Virus record (IMG/VR): IMGVR_UViG_3300033067_002058
Span: 1-25,050 of that record
Direction: 5' to 3' (one strand)
DNA length: 25,050 bases
Source: a virus
Lineage: Duplodnaviria; Caudoviricetes
Position 1 is the first letter of the stretch; each line of letters opens with the position of its first letter. The notes under the pieces were generated by a model, which was not told the DNA's origin, made no database searches, and was given only the letters and a program-made list of their open reading frames with translations. The position numbers and the translations under genes were made by a program. Shown piece after piece: positions 7,861 through 15,903 of the stretch.

Positions 7861-9248
7861 TTGGACACTGATTGGACATTCGAGGCTTTTTCGCTCGCAA
7901 GTGCACGAAGAAGTTCAAGAATGCCGGGCACTTTTAATCCGTAGGTCCCGGGATCGTGCCCCGGCCGGCCCACCCCTTCTAAGGCGTCGAATTCGCTCAA
8001 GATTGCGGCGAGCGAGGACGAGCCTCCTCCGTTCGTCAACGGTCCAGTGTCCAATCCCTGTCCCATTCGCGCGACGGCTTTCTGCTGCGTCGTCTCGCAG
8101 AGATGCGCGTACTTCTCCGTGACAGTCACGCTCGAGTGACCTGCCGCATCCTTGATCTCTTCGAGGGTCCACGCGGCGCCCCACACGCCAGACGCGAGCG
8201 AGGAACAGAACGTGTGTCGCAAGTCATGCCAGCGCATCTCCCGAGAGATGCCGGCAGCCTTCAACCACTCGGGAAGGAGCTCAACCTTACCGACCTTCCT
8301 CCCATCTACCAGACGGACACTCTTCTCTGGCGCGCCTGACTGACGACGGCACCCGCGCGGCGTGGGCCAGACGAGGCCGTGCTCGTTCGTGTACCGCTTC
8401 CGAGTTCTCGGATCCGTCAGGTACGACGGCAGGATCTGGCGCCAACGTCGGATAGCTAACAACGCGTCGCCGAACAGCGCCACTCGACGCGTCTTGCCGC
8501 TCTTCGGACGCTTGCCCTTCGAGCCGACGCGCACGAACACGTAAGGGTGCTTCACCTCGTCGTGAACATCCTGCCACTTCAGATTCCACTGTTCGCCCTG
8601 ACGAAGGCCGGTACCCCAGGCGAAGATCGTCAGAAGCCTGGCCCACTCCGGGACAGATTCGCAATTCGCGAATTGCTTCTGTTCTTCGAGACGTAGCCAG
8701 TCCCACGCCTCTTCGCGATCTTCGTCGTCGGACACGCGCGTGTCCTTCTTCACCTCGAGACCGTTGCAAGGGTTCGTATCGATGTGGATGCCTACCGCGG
8801 CCTGGAACGTGACACTCGCCAAAGAAAAGCAGCGAGCCACGGTGCTATGGGCGACCTTCCGTTTCTCGCGTCGATCGTCGGCCTGCTTCTTTTTCAGCGC
8901 ACGGATCCACTGCAGGATATCGGCGGGCTTCACCTGATCGATCGGTCGCTTGGCGAAGTGCGCGGTCTTCAGATGACTGTTCGCTCGACTGCGCTCCTGC
9001 CGAATACCGCGCACGTCGTCGCCTTCGCGCTGCTCGAGCACGACATCGACCCACGCTTCGAAGGTCGGGCAGCCTTCCCGTTGGAAGACGGTCTTCCTGT
9101 CGAGGGCCAGGAGCGCCAACGCTTCTTCCTCCGTCGCAGCGAACCCCAGAGAAGGCCGCGTGCCGTCGGGCTGCCTTGCCGCACGAACGCGGAAACGGCC
9201 GTCAGGTAGGCGAGTGATAGATCCTGTTGTGTGGGAACGCTTCGGCAT
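7821..9248 (-). CDS. int: Tyrosine integrase
   Basis: N-terminal arm-binding segment GSITRLPDGRFR. Catalytic residues in TGLRQGE (R), KRPKSG (K), WHDLRH (HxxR), AGHSS (H) and TEKYAH (Y). Confidence 0.95.
   Translation of the reverse strand: MPKRSHTTGSITRLPDGRFRVRAARQPDGTRPSLGFAATEEEALALLALDRKTVFQREGCPTFEAWVDVVLEQREGDDVRGIRQERSRANSHLKTAHFAKRPIDQVKPADILQWIRALKKKQADDRREKRKVAHSTVARCFSLASVTFQAAVGIHIDTNPCNGLEVKKDTRVSDDEDREEAWDWLRLEEQKQFANCESVPEWARLLTIFAWGTGLRQGEQWNLKWQDVHDEVKHPYVFVRVGSKGKRPKSGKTRRVALFGDALLAIRRWRQILPSYLTDPRTRKRYTNEHGLVWPTPRGCRRQSGAPEKSVRLVDGRKVGKVELLPEWLKAAGISREMRWHDLRHTFCSSLASGVWGAAWTLEEIKDAAGHSSVTVTEKYAHLCETTQQKAVARMGQGLDTGPLTNGGGSSSLAAILSEFDALEGVGRPGHDPGTYGLKVPGILELLRALASEKASNVQSVSNQATVPSEGAPIR
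7858..8068. repeat. Putative integrase arm-type sites flanking the attP core
   Basis: Tandem TGATTGGACAC / TGATTGGACAT at 7858-7879. An exact inverted copy of GATTGGACACTG lies at 8045-8056, followed by a degenerate copy at about 8057-8068. Confidence 0.7.
7930..7974 (+). other. attP core: 3' half of a tRNA-Lys(UUU)
   Basis: Anticodon loop CTTTTAA, then TCCGT, variable loop AGGTC, T-arm CCGGG-ATCGTGC-CCCGG, acceptor strand CCGGCCC and A-CC. The 5' half is missing, so this is not a functional tRNA gene. Confidence 0.85.
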
Positions 9249-9253
9249 ACCAT

Positions 9254-9276
9254 CTTACTAACATAGTGTTAGCAAG
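9254..9276. promoter_or_regulatory. Imperfect palindrome (operator-like) directly upstream of int
   Basis: CTTACTAACA-TAG-TGTTAGCAAG, with arms matching 9 of 10; AT-rich and 5 nt from the int ATG. Confidence 0.65.
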
Positions 9277-9303
9277 TTGCAACCCAAGTGCGCAGGTGGA
9301 CGG

Positions 9304-9513
9304 CTAACCCGCCTTCTTGTATCCGGCTCGCGTCCTCTGTCGTTCGACCTGCGCTTCGAGCTCCGCAAGACGATCCGGTGAGAGCGCAGGGACGGCGAGC
9401 GGTTTCGGCTGGCTTACCCGACGGCGCTTCTTCGGTTCTGCCGCTTCCTCGGCGAGAGCATCGCAGAGAATGTCGACGCACTGGTGCAAAGCACGACGAA
9501 GGGCAGGCGTCAT
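9304..9513 (-). CDS. 69-aa basic hypothetical protein upstream of int (regulator or excisionase candidate)
   Basis: ATG at 9513 overlaps the TGA of the upstream gene (ATGA). Function is suggested by position only. Confidence 0.55.
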   Translation of the reverse strand: MTPALRRALHQCVDILCDALAEEAAEPKKRRRVSQPKPLAVPALSPDRLAELEAQVERQRTRAGYKKAG

Positions 9514-9905
9514 GTCAGGCCTCGCGCGTACTTCGAAACAGTCCGTCGATTGCACTGCAACAAGAACGCGATGTCGTGAAGCGTTAGGCCCCATTGACGG
9601 AGGATCGAGATCTCACGCCACCGTGGAAAGACTGCAGGTCGCCCCCCATAGAGGCCGGGCGGGTTTGAATTCTTCGCGTCCCATCGAGCACGCGCGGTCC
9701 GTTGTATTTTTCTGGCCTTCTCTCGGTTTCTCGGTCTCCAAGGCTTGCACACCTCGAGATGGCAGACCTTGCACTGCGAGTAAGGCTTGTCGCGCTTGCG
9801 ATAAAAGTTGGCGAGTTCCTTCACGCGTCGACACGTCGAACAACGTTTGAAACCGAAATGTGCCAGATCGGCGGCGACCTCTTTCTTCCTCGCCTGCTCG
9901 CTCAT
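9510..9905 (-). CDS. Zinc-finger plus C-terminal HTH DNA-binding protein
   Basis: KRCSTC...K...F...CKVC zinc motif and the HTH GLTLHDIAFLLQCNRRTVSKY. Confidence 0.7.
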   Translation of the reverse strand: MSEQARKKEVAADLAHFGFKRCSTCRRVKELANFYRKRDKPYSQCKVCHLEVCKPWRPRNREKARKIQRTARARWDAKNSNPPGLYGGRPAVFPRWREISILRQWGLTLHDIAFLLQCNRRTVSKYARGLT

Positions 9906-9911
9906 GAACCG

Positions 9912-9944
9912 AAAATAGACGGCCCCTCACGTCTTGTTAGTACC
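9912..9944 (-). promoter_or_regulatory. Putative promoter GGTACTAACA-N17-TATTTT-N6-ATG
   Basis: Same 10-mer and same spacing as the site at 22003-22035. Confidence 0.6.
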
Positions 9945-9990
9945 TTTCAGGTCAAAGGATGCACCGCGCGACGCTGCCTAGCCTCGCCAG

Positions 9991-11301
9991 GTGAGTTTCC
10001 TCGACGACCTCGTATCCGTCTCGATTACCTCGAGTTCGGTCACACCGTCGAAGCCTGGCTTCGGCACGATTCTGATCGCGGCCCAGAAGGTGCCCGTCGG
10101 CTTCACCAATCGCGTCCGGAAGTTCGGATCGCTGAAGGAGATGACCGACTTCGGGTTCCTCACGAGCGATCCGGCGTACCTCTGCGCGCAGAAGATCAAG
10201 GCGCAGAACCCCTCGCTGAATTCTTGGAAGGTCGGCAAGCGACTGAACAAGACGACGCAGTCGGTCACGTTGAAGTGCCTGAGCGCGGTCGAAGGTGACG
10301 TCTACACGGCCACGATCAACGGAACCACGATTACGCGCACTGTTCCCGCCGCTTCTACAGCAAACAACGAAGCAACGGCCATCGAAGCTCTTATCGAGGC
10401 AATCAGCGGAATCGACTCGTCCGTCAGCACGGACACGATCACGGTTACCGCGACGGCAGGGGCCGGCACTCTCTTCGACGTCAAAGACCTGTCGACGAAC
10501 TTCGAGTTCAAGAACACGAGCGCAGATCCTGGCCTGGCCGCTGACCTCGCAGCCATCTCGGCGGAAGACAACGACTGGTACGGACTTGCCCTCGACTCCG
10601 CCAGTGCCGCAGAAATCGCCGTCGCGACCGTCTTCGTCGAGTCGGAAAAGAAGTTCTTCGCTTGGAACACGAGCGACACGAAGTGTGGCGACGCGAACTC
10701 GACGACCGACATCTTCTACACGCAAAAGGCACTCGCGTACGCGCGGTCGGGCGGCCTCTTCTCGAAGAGCCAGCTCATGTCGTATTCGGGCGCAGCGTGG
10801 ACGGCGAAGGAATTCGTCGAGAATCCCGGCTCGGCGACGATGCACCTGAAGACGCTCGCGGGCGTTCAGGTTGACACACTGACCGCGGCGGAAGCGTCGG
10901 CCGTCAAGGCTAAGAACGGCAGCGTCTACGTCAGCGTATCGGACATCAACGTCACGATGGGCGGCAAGACGGCGTCGGGCGAATGGTTCGACGTCACGCG
11001 CTTCATCGACTGGCTGAAGGCGGAGCTGCAGTTCCGAGTCTTCACGCTGCTCGTGAACAACAAGAAGGTCCCCTACACGGATCTTGGCGTCGACGCCGTC
11101 ATCGCAGTGATCAACGGCGGACTCGATCTTGGCGTCGAGCGCGGCGGACTTGAGAAGGGCACGACGAGCGTTACTGCGCCGAAGGTTGCAGACGTCGACG
11201 TCGGCACCCGCGCAGCTCGTCGACTCGAAGACGTGAAGTTCAGCGGCAAACTTGCAGGAGCAATCCACGAGCTCGTAATCGCGGGAGAGGTGACGGCGTA
11301 A
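9991..11301 (+). CDS. Contractile tail sheath (DUF3383-like)
   Basis: N-terminus DDLVSVSIT...GFGTILI, plus KTLAGV, GKTASGEWFDVTRFIDWL, KVPYTDLG and LAGAIHELVIAG. TAGCCT lies 6 nt upstream. Confidence 0.92.
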   Translation: MSFLDDLVSVSITSSSVTPSKPGFGTILIAAQKVPVGFTNRVRKFGSLKEMTDFGFLTSDPAYLCAQKIKAQNPSLNSWKVGKRLNKTTQSVTLKCLSAVEGDVYTATINGTTITRTVPAASTANNEATAIEALIEAISGIDSSVSTDTITVTATAGAGTLFDVKDLSTNFEFKNTSADPGLAADLAAISAEDNDWYGLALDSASAAEIAVATVFVESEKKFFAWNTSDTKCGDANSTTDIFYTQKALAYARSGGLFSKSQLMSYSGAAWTAKEFVENPGSATMHLKTLAGVQVDTLTAAEASAVKAKNGSVYVSVSDINVTMGGKTASGEWFDVTRFIDWLKAELQFRVFTLLVNNKKVPYTDLGVDAVIAVINGGLDLGVERGGLEKGTTSVTAPKVADVDVGTRAARRLEDVKFSGKLAGAIHELVIAGEVTA

Positions 11302-11302
11302 C

Positions 11303-11734
11303 ATGGCGAAGACGTATGACCCCACGCTCTACTCGTTGGTGATCGCGGGCATTCCGATCCCTGCGAAAGGCTATGCCGATGGCGAGTTCATTCGTTGGGA
11401 GCGCGACAGCGACTCCTTCACGGACGTTGCCGGCACCGACGGCGAAGTCACGCGGGCCAAGCAATACGACAAGCGCGCGACGATCACGTTCACGCTCATG
11501 CAGTCGTCTGAGATGAACGCGGTTCTCAGCACGTTGGCCAACCTCGACGAGAGCACCGACGGCGGTGCAGGTATCGGACCGTTCCTCTTGAAGGATCGCG
11601 GAGGCCTGACGGTCCTCGCAGGGAAAGACTGCTGGATCGCCAAGATGCCTGACGGCTCTCTCGACAAGAATCCGACCGCACGCGCGTGGAAAGTCCGCGT
11701 GGCGAACCTGAAGAGTTTCGAAGGCGGCAACTAG
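11303..11734 (+). CDS. Tail tube protein (DUF3277-like)
   Basis: KTYDP...GYADGEFI...GTDGEV...ITFTLMQSS.MN..L; follows the sheath. Confidence 0.88.
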   Translation: MAKTYDPTLYSLVIAGIPIPAKGYADGEFIRWERDSDSFTDVAGTDGEVTRAKQYDKRATITFTLMQSSEMNAVLSTLANLDESTDGGAGIGPFLLKDRGGLTVLAGKDCWIAKMPDGSLDKNPTARAWKVRVANLKSFEGGN

Positions 11735-11743
11735 CCTCGGAGG

Positions 11744-12241
11744 GTGAAAGCCCTCGTCGTCGCGCTGCTGCTTCTACTCGTGGCGTGCAGCGCCGCGATT
11801 CGATCTCCTTACGATTCCGACGGAGGGTGCGGCCGAACGTTCCACGTATCTGCCGCTTTCACGCAAGGGGAGCGTGCCGCGCTAGAAAGCGCCGTCGCCC
11901 GTTGGAACGAGATCGCCGACGAACAGTTCTGCCTGGACGACGGAGACGGCAACGACGAGCACGGAGTCTTTCGTCTCGAAGGCCAAGAGCTCGAGAACTT
12001 GCGCGCCGACTTCAAGTCAGACGTTATCGGCGTCTTCTACCACGAGGGCGGCCGGATCGGCATCGTTGCGAACCTGCCACTGGACGTCTTTGAGGTCGTC
12101 GCCCTTCATGAATTCGGACACGCGCACGGGCTGCAGCACACGCCTCCGCCATCAATCATGAACGCCGTCGTCGGCACCGCGGATGACTTCACGGACAACG
12201 ACCTGGCCGAATGTCGAAGGGTAAGTGCCTGCCTACCCTGA
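11744..12241 (+). CDS. Matrixin (M10)-like zinc metallopeptidase lipoprotein
   Basis: Signal/lipobox MKALVVALLLLLVAC; metzincin motif HEFGHAHGLQH plus Met-turn SIM. Confidence 0.8.
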   Translation: MKALVVALLLLLVACSAAIRSPYDSDGGCGRTFHVSAAFTQGERAALESAVARWNEIADEQFCLDDGDGNDEHGVFRLEGQELENLRADFKSDVIGVFYHEGGRIGIVANLPLDVFEVVALHEFGHAHGLQHTPPPSIMNAVVGTADDFTDNDLAECRRVSACLP

Positions 12242-12251
12242 TAGCAGCACC

Positions 12252-12701
12252 ATGGCATTCAAGTCAGAGTCGAAGCAGATCGGAAAGCATCGATACACTG
12301 TCACGCAGCTGGACGCCGTGCGGGGCAGCAAAGCGGCGCTACGCCTCGCCAAGGTCGTCGGGCCTGCGTTGAGCGCGTACTCGGGAGAAGACGCAGAGTC
12401 GAAGGCGATCAGCGCACTTCTCTCGAACCTCGAAGAGAAGGACTTCGACTATCTCCGCGAAACGCTCTCGAGCGCCACGACCGTCGCCGGGGGAAAGTAC
12501 GGAGAACGAGAGCCGGCCCTAGATGACGTGTTCGCGGTGCACTTCGCCGGCAACTACGGCGAAATGATCGGCTGGCTCGCGTTCGCGGTGAAAGTGAACT
12601 TCGCGTCTTTTTTCAGTGGGGTCGGCGAACTCCTAAGCGCGTTGGGAAGCGCATCGCCCTCGACGACGACGCAGGGGTCGACTGGTTCCTCTGGCGCCTG
12701 A
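12252..12701 (+). CDS. Tail assembly chaperone (G form, 149 aa)
   Basis: Lies between tube and tape measure; HFAGNYGEMIGWLAFAVKVNFASFF motif. Start placed at ATG 12252. Confidence 0.8.
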   Translation: MAFKSESKQIGKHRYTVTQLDAVRGSKAALRLAKVVGPALSAYSGEDAESKAISALLSNLEEKDFDYLRETLSSATTVAGGKYGEREPALDDVFAVHFAGNYGEMIGWLAFAVKVNFASFFSGVGELLSALGSASPSTTTQGSTGSSGA

Positions 12702-12835
12702 TCCTGGCCCCTAGGCTCCACATCAGATCGATGCGTGACCTAGAAGAACTCTGGACGCTCGACGAAGCGGTCGAAGCCCACATCGCGCTCGACGTACTCG
12801 AGAACGCCGATGCGCGCGCATGGGAGAAGGACTGA
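12608..12835 (+). CDS. -1 frameshift extension of the tail chaperone (GT form)
   Basis: In-frame slippery heptamer T TTT TTC at 12608-12614. The -1 frame is open to TGA 12835 (QWGRR...DWFLWRLIL...LWTLDEAVEAHIALDVLE...EKD*). Confidence 0.78.
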   Translation, partial: FFQWGRRTPKRVGKRIALDDDAGVDWFLWRLILAPRLHIRSMRDLEELWTLDEAVEAHIALDVLENADARAWEKD

Positions 12836-12838
12836 ACC

Positions 12839-12880
12839 ATGGCGTTGCGCGATCTATTGGCTCGATTTGTCGCTGCCTAG
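12839..12880 (+). pseudogene. Orphaned 5' end of the tape-measure gene (MALRDLLARF-VAA*)
   Basis: Encodes the same first 10 residues as the tape-measure ORF at 13583. It has an ATG, an upstream GAAGGA, and sits 3 nt after the GT stop. Confidence 0.8.
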
Positions 12881-12888
12881 TCTCCTGC

Positions 12889-13581
12889 ATGGCGTTCGAG
12901 ACTTGTTACGAGTGCGGCTTACATCGCGGTGACAACGTTCCGAAAACGTTTCGGCCAGCTCTCTGCAGCGCGTGTCGCAAGGCGAAGGCGCAAGCCAGAA
13001 ATCGCGCATACAAGCTCGCGCACGGCGGGTATCAGAAAAATCTGACGTGTATCGACTGCGGCGTTCATCGCGAAGGAGTCGGCCTAGGAGGCCGTCGAGG
13101 TAGATGTTCTCCGTGCCAGACGACGCACATTGCAGCGCACCGAGCGGCCAACCAAAAAGAGTGGTGCAAGAAAAGTAACGCAAAGCATCGAGAGAAACGT
13201 CGAGCCGCGGGACGTGCTGCCTATGCCTCTCAGATCGAAGCAGCCAGGGAGCGAAACCGGAAGTATCGCAAGACGCTCACCTTCGAGAGGAAGATGCTGT
13301 ACGCGGCACGAGACCGCGCAAAGGACGCGGGACTCCCTTTCGATCTGACCCTGGAAGACATCGTCGTTCCGGAGACATGCCCCGTTTTCGGGATGCGATT
13401 GGAGCGAAGCGGAGGTCTGAGAAATCCTAACCTGGCCAGCATCGATCGCATCGAGCCATCACTAGGCTACGTGCGGGGCAACGTGTGGATCATTTCATGG
13501 CGCGCCAACCGACTGAAGTGCGACGCATCCGTCGACGAACTCGTCACGCTCGTCGACGCAATCAAGCGGAAGGTGGCGTAA
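12889..13581 (+). CDS. Free-standing HNH-type (beta-beta-alpha-metal) homing endonuclease
   Basis: Four N-terminal CxxC motifs, a basic helix, and the C-terminal CPVFG...SIDRIEPSLGYVRGNVWIISWRANRLK. Start at ATG 12889, 5 nt after TAGTCT. Confidence 0.8.
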   Translation: MAFETCYECGLHRGDNVPKTFRPALCSACRKAKAQARNRAYKLAHGGYQKNLTCIDCGVHREGVGLGGRRGRCSPCQTTHIAAHRAANQKEWCKKSNAKHREKRRAAGRAAYASQIEAARERNRKYRKTLTFERKMLYAARDRAKDAGLPFDLTLEDIVVPETCPVFGMRLERSGGLRNPNLASIDRIEPSLGYVRGNVWIISWRANRLKCDASVDELVTLVDAIKRKVA

Positions 13582-13582
13582 T

Positions 13583-15172
13583 TTGGCCCTAAGGGATTTG
13601 CTTGCGAGGTTCGACGTCTCGACCGGGGACGCAACGACCAAGCTCACGCAATTCAATAAGACGATCGCGGGTGTCAAAGCGGGACTCGGCGGCCTTGCAG
13701 GTTCTCTTTTCGGCGCTTTCGCCGTCAACAAGGTCGCCAACTTCATCAAAGGGCAGCTGGATCTAAGTGACGCTGTCGTCGATACCGCGTCCAAGCTAGG
13801 CGTCAGTACCGACGAACTACAGAAATTCCAATACGGTGCAGGTCTCGTCGGCGTCGAAGCTGAAAGCGCCGCGCAGGCGCTTGGGTTCCTGAACAAGAAC
13901 TTCGGCGAAGCGCTTGCGGGCGGAAAAGAGCAAGCGGAGACGTTCCAAAAGTTGGGCGTTTCGCTGAAAGGTGCGGACGGCCAGGTTCGACAGATCGGCG
14001 ACGTCATTCCCGAACTGTCGGACGCGTTCGCAAAGATGGGCAGCCAGCAAGAGCGAACAGCCGCAGCCACCAAGATCTTCGGGAAAAGCGGAGCGCAGCT
14101 CCTTCCGTTGCTTCAAGAAGGTTCCGCCAGCCTCGCGAAGATGAACGAGGAGTTCACTGCACTCGGAGGTGGGCTCGAGTCGGACTTCCTCGACGCGGCG
14201 GACAAGGCAGGAGACGCCGTCTACAGGTTCGATTTCGCCATGAAGGGGTTGAAGTCGCGCATTGCGCTTGCCGTCTTACCCACGTTGGCGGACTGGGCGA
14301 CGAAGCTTTCGAAAGGCGTCGCTTGGCTGAACAAGCTGACGAAAGAAACGTACATCGTCAAAGAAGCGTGGGCCTTGATGGGAGTAATCGCCTCGGCCGC
14401 TGCGCTAAAGACCGCCATTGGCATCGGCAAGATGCTCCGCATTCTGCCGAAGGGTGCAGGGTTCTGGCGCAGCGTACTCGGGCTAGGCGTCTGGGGCTTG
14501 GTCATCGCTGCAGCCGTTGGGCTCGCACTCGTCTTCGAAGATCTTTGGGTCGGCCTCCAAGGTGGCCAAAGTCTGATCAAGGACTGGCTGAACGAAACGA
14601 TGGGCGTCGAAGCGACGACGGCGCTCTTCGAGAACCTGAAGGAAACGTTCAGCGCAGTCGGCGACGCATTCAAAGAGCTCGGACCTGTCTTCAAAGACAT
14701 CGGAGGCGACCTCGCAAAGCTGGCAGGAGATGTCGCGCCGGCACTCGGTCAAGCCTTCGTGTTCATCGTGAAGGTCATCGGCTCTGCGATCTCTCTCCTT
14801 TCAGGCTTCGTGCAGATTCTTACGAAGACGATCTCCGCAGTAAACGAACTGAGAAACGGCAGCAACGCAGGCATCGACAATCTCGGTTCCGACATCGGCA
14901 AGATCGTCGATCGAGCCGGCGATCGTGTGTTCGGCAAAGGCGGATTCTTCGGAGACAAATCCGTTCCTGCGGCGCAACCCTACGGTCCTCCCGCACCGCC
15001 AGGGATGAAGGTCGACAAGGTCGAACAGAGGAACGACATCAACGTCACCGTCCAAGGAGGAAACACGAACGCCGAGACGGGAAGGGCTGTTGCGGGTGCC
15101 GTGCGTGGCGCGCTCCCGCAAGCAGACCTTGGCGCAGCTCTGGCCGCTCTCAGTACAGGGGCAGGTGACTAA
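13583..15172 (+). CDS. Tape measure protein
   Basis: 529-aa Ala/Gly-rich helical protein with ASKLGVSTDELQKFQY, FQKLGVS and AATKIFGKSGAQLLPLL; position after the chaperones; TTG start. Confidence 0.9.
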   Translation: MALRDLLARFDVSTGDATTKLTQFNKTIAGVKAGLGGLAGSLFGAFAVNKVANFIKGQLDLSDAVVDTASKLGVSTDELQKFQYGAGLVGVEAESAAQALGFLNKNFGEALAGGKEQAETFQKLGVSLKGADGQVRQIGDVIPELSDAFAKMGSQQERTAAATKIFGKSGAQLLPLLQEGSASLAKMNEEFTALGGGLESDFLDAADKAGDAVYRFDFAMKGLKSRIALAVLPTLADWATKLSKGVAWLNKLTKETYIVKEAWALMGVIASAAALKTAIGIGKMLRILPKGAGFWRSVLGLGVWGLVIAAAVGLALVFEDLWVGLQGGQSLIKDWLNETMGVEATTALFENLKETFSAVGDAFKELGPVFKDIGGDLAKLAGDVAPALGQAFVFIVKVIGSAISLLSGFVQILTKTISAVNELRNGSNAGIDNLGSDIGKIVDRAGDRVFGKGGFFGDKSVPAAQPYGPPAPPGMKVDKVEQRNDINVTVQGGNTNAETGRAVAGAVRGALPQADLGAALAALSTGAGD

Positions 15173-15903
15173 TGGGCGCATATCTCTCTTTTGACGGAGC
15201 CGATCTCTTCTTCGACGCCGTGTTGACCGAGCAGGCCGAACACACCGTCACCGCGACAGAGCACAACGTCGAAGAAGGCGCCGATATCGCCGATCACATC
15301 CGGCCCGGCCTCGATCGATTCACGTTGGAAGTCATCGTAAGCAATACGCCAGTTACCGACTGGAACAGCCTTTACGGAGAGACGACGGAAGGTGTCGAGC
15401 TTATCCCTCTCGAGGGACGGAAGAAGGCGACGGGGCAAAGCGACACACCGCCCGGTCCGTTCCCTGTCTCCCCCGGAGCTCTATTTCAGGCAATCGGGAA
15501 CGCCGTAGAGTCCCTTCTCGGTTCCGAGGGCCCCTCCAAAGCGACGGTGAAGAAGTTCAATAACGGTCCGTTCGACGCCGTGCGCGACACTTTGAACACG
15601 TTGCTGGACTGGCAAACGCGCGCCGTCGTCGGTGAAGTGCTCACGCCCCATCGCACTTACTCTTCGATGATCATTGAGCGCGTGTCGCCGCAACGGGACG
15701 GAACAACAGGAGCCAGCGCACGAATCACGATCGATCTGAAAGAAGTTCGCCTCGTGGAATCGAAGATGATCACCGCACCCGTACCCACCGAAGTACGGGG
15801 AAAAGTCATCAAGCAAAAAGGAAAACAGCCGGCCGTGCCTACGAAGGACTCCGGGCCAAAGAAATCGATCTTGTCCGCATTGAAGGAGAAGTTCGGTGGT
15901 TAG
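15172..15903 (+). CDS. Baseplate / tail-tube initiator (Dit-like) protein
   Basis: FDAVLTEQAEH...TEHNVEEGADIADHI...TYSSMII...IDLKEVR; follows the tape measure with a TAATG overlap. Confidence 0.75.
   Translation: MGAYLSFDGADLFFDAVLTEQAEHTVTATEHNVEEGADIADHIRPGLDRFTLEVIVSNTPVTDWNSLYGETTEGVELIPLEGRKKATGQSDTPPGPFPVSPGALFQAIGNAVESLLGSEGPSKATVKKFNNGPFDAVRDTLNTLLDWQTRAVVGEVLTPHRTYSSMIIERVSPQRDGTTGASARITIDLKEVRLVESKMITAPVPTEVRGKVIKQKGKQPAVPTKDSGPKKSILSALKEKFGG

Noticed and set aside
7890-7975. Complete tRNA-Lys gene
   Set aside because: No 5' acceptor strand, D-arm or 5' anticodon stem; only the 3' half is present, so it is called attP.
9952-11325. 457-aa minus-strand ORF
   Set aside because: Antisense shadow of the tail sheath gene.
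13464-13469. TAGCCT on the minus strand inside the HNH gene, 4 nt before an ATG
   Set aside because: Lacks the preceding C, has the wrong spacing, and the following frame closes after 10 codons.
12869-13612. Group I intron or intein in the tape-measure gene
   Set aside because: The HNH ORF fills almost the whole insert, leaving no room for a ribozyme core. The frame is closed by a stop, and the duplicated N-terminus makes splicing unnecessary.
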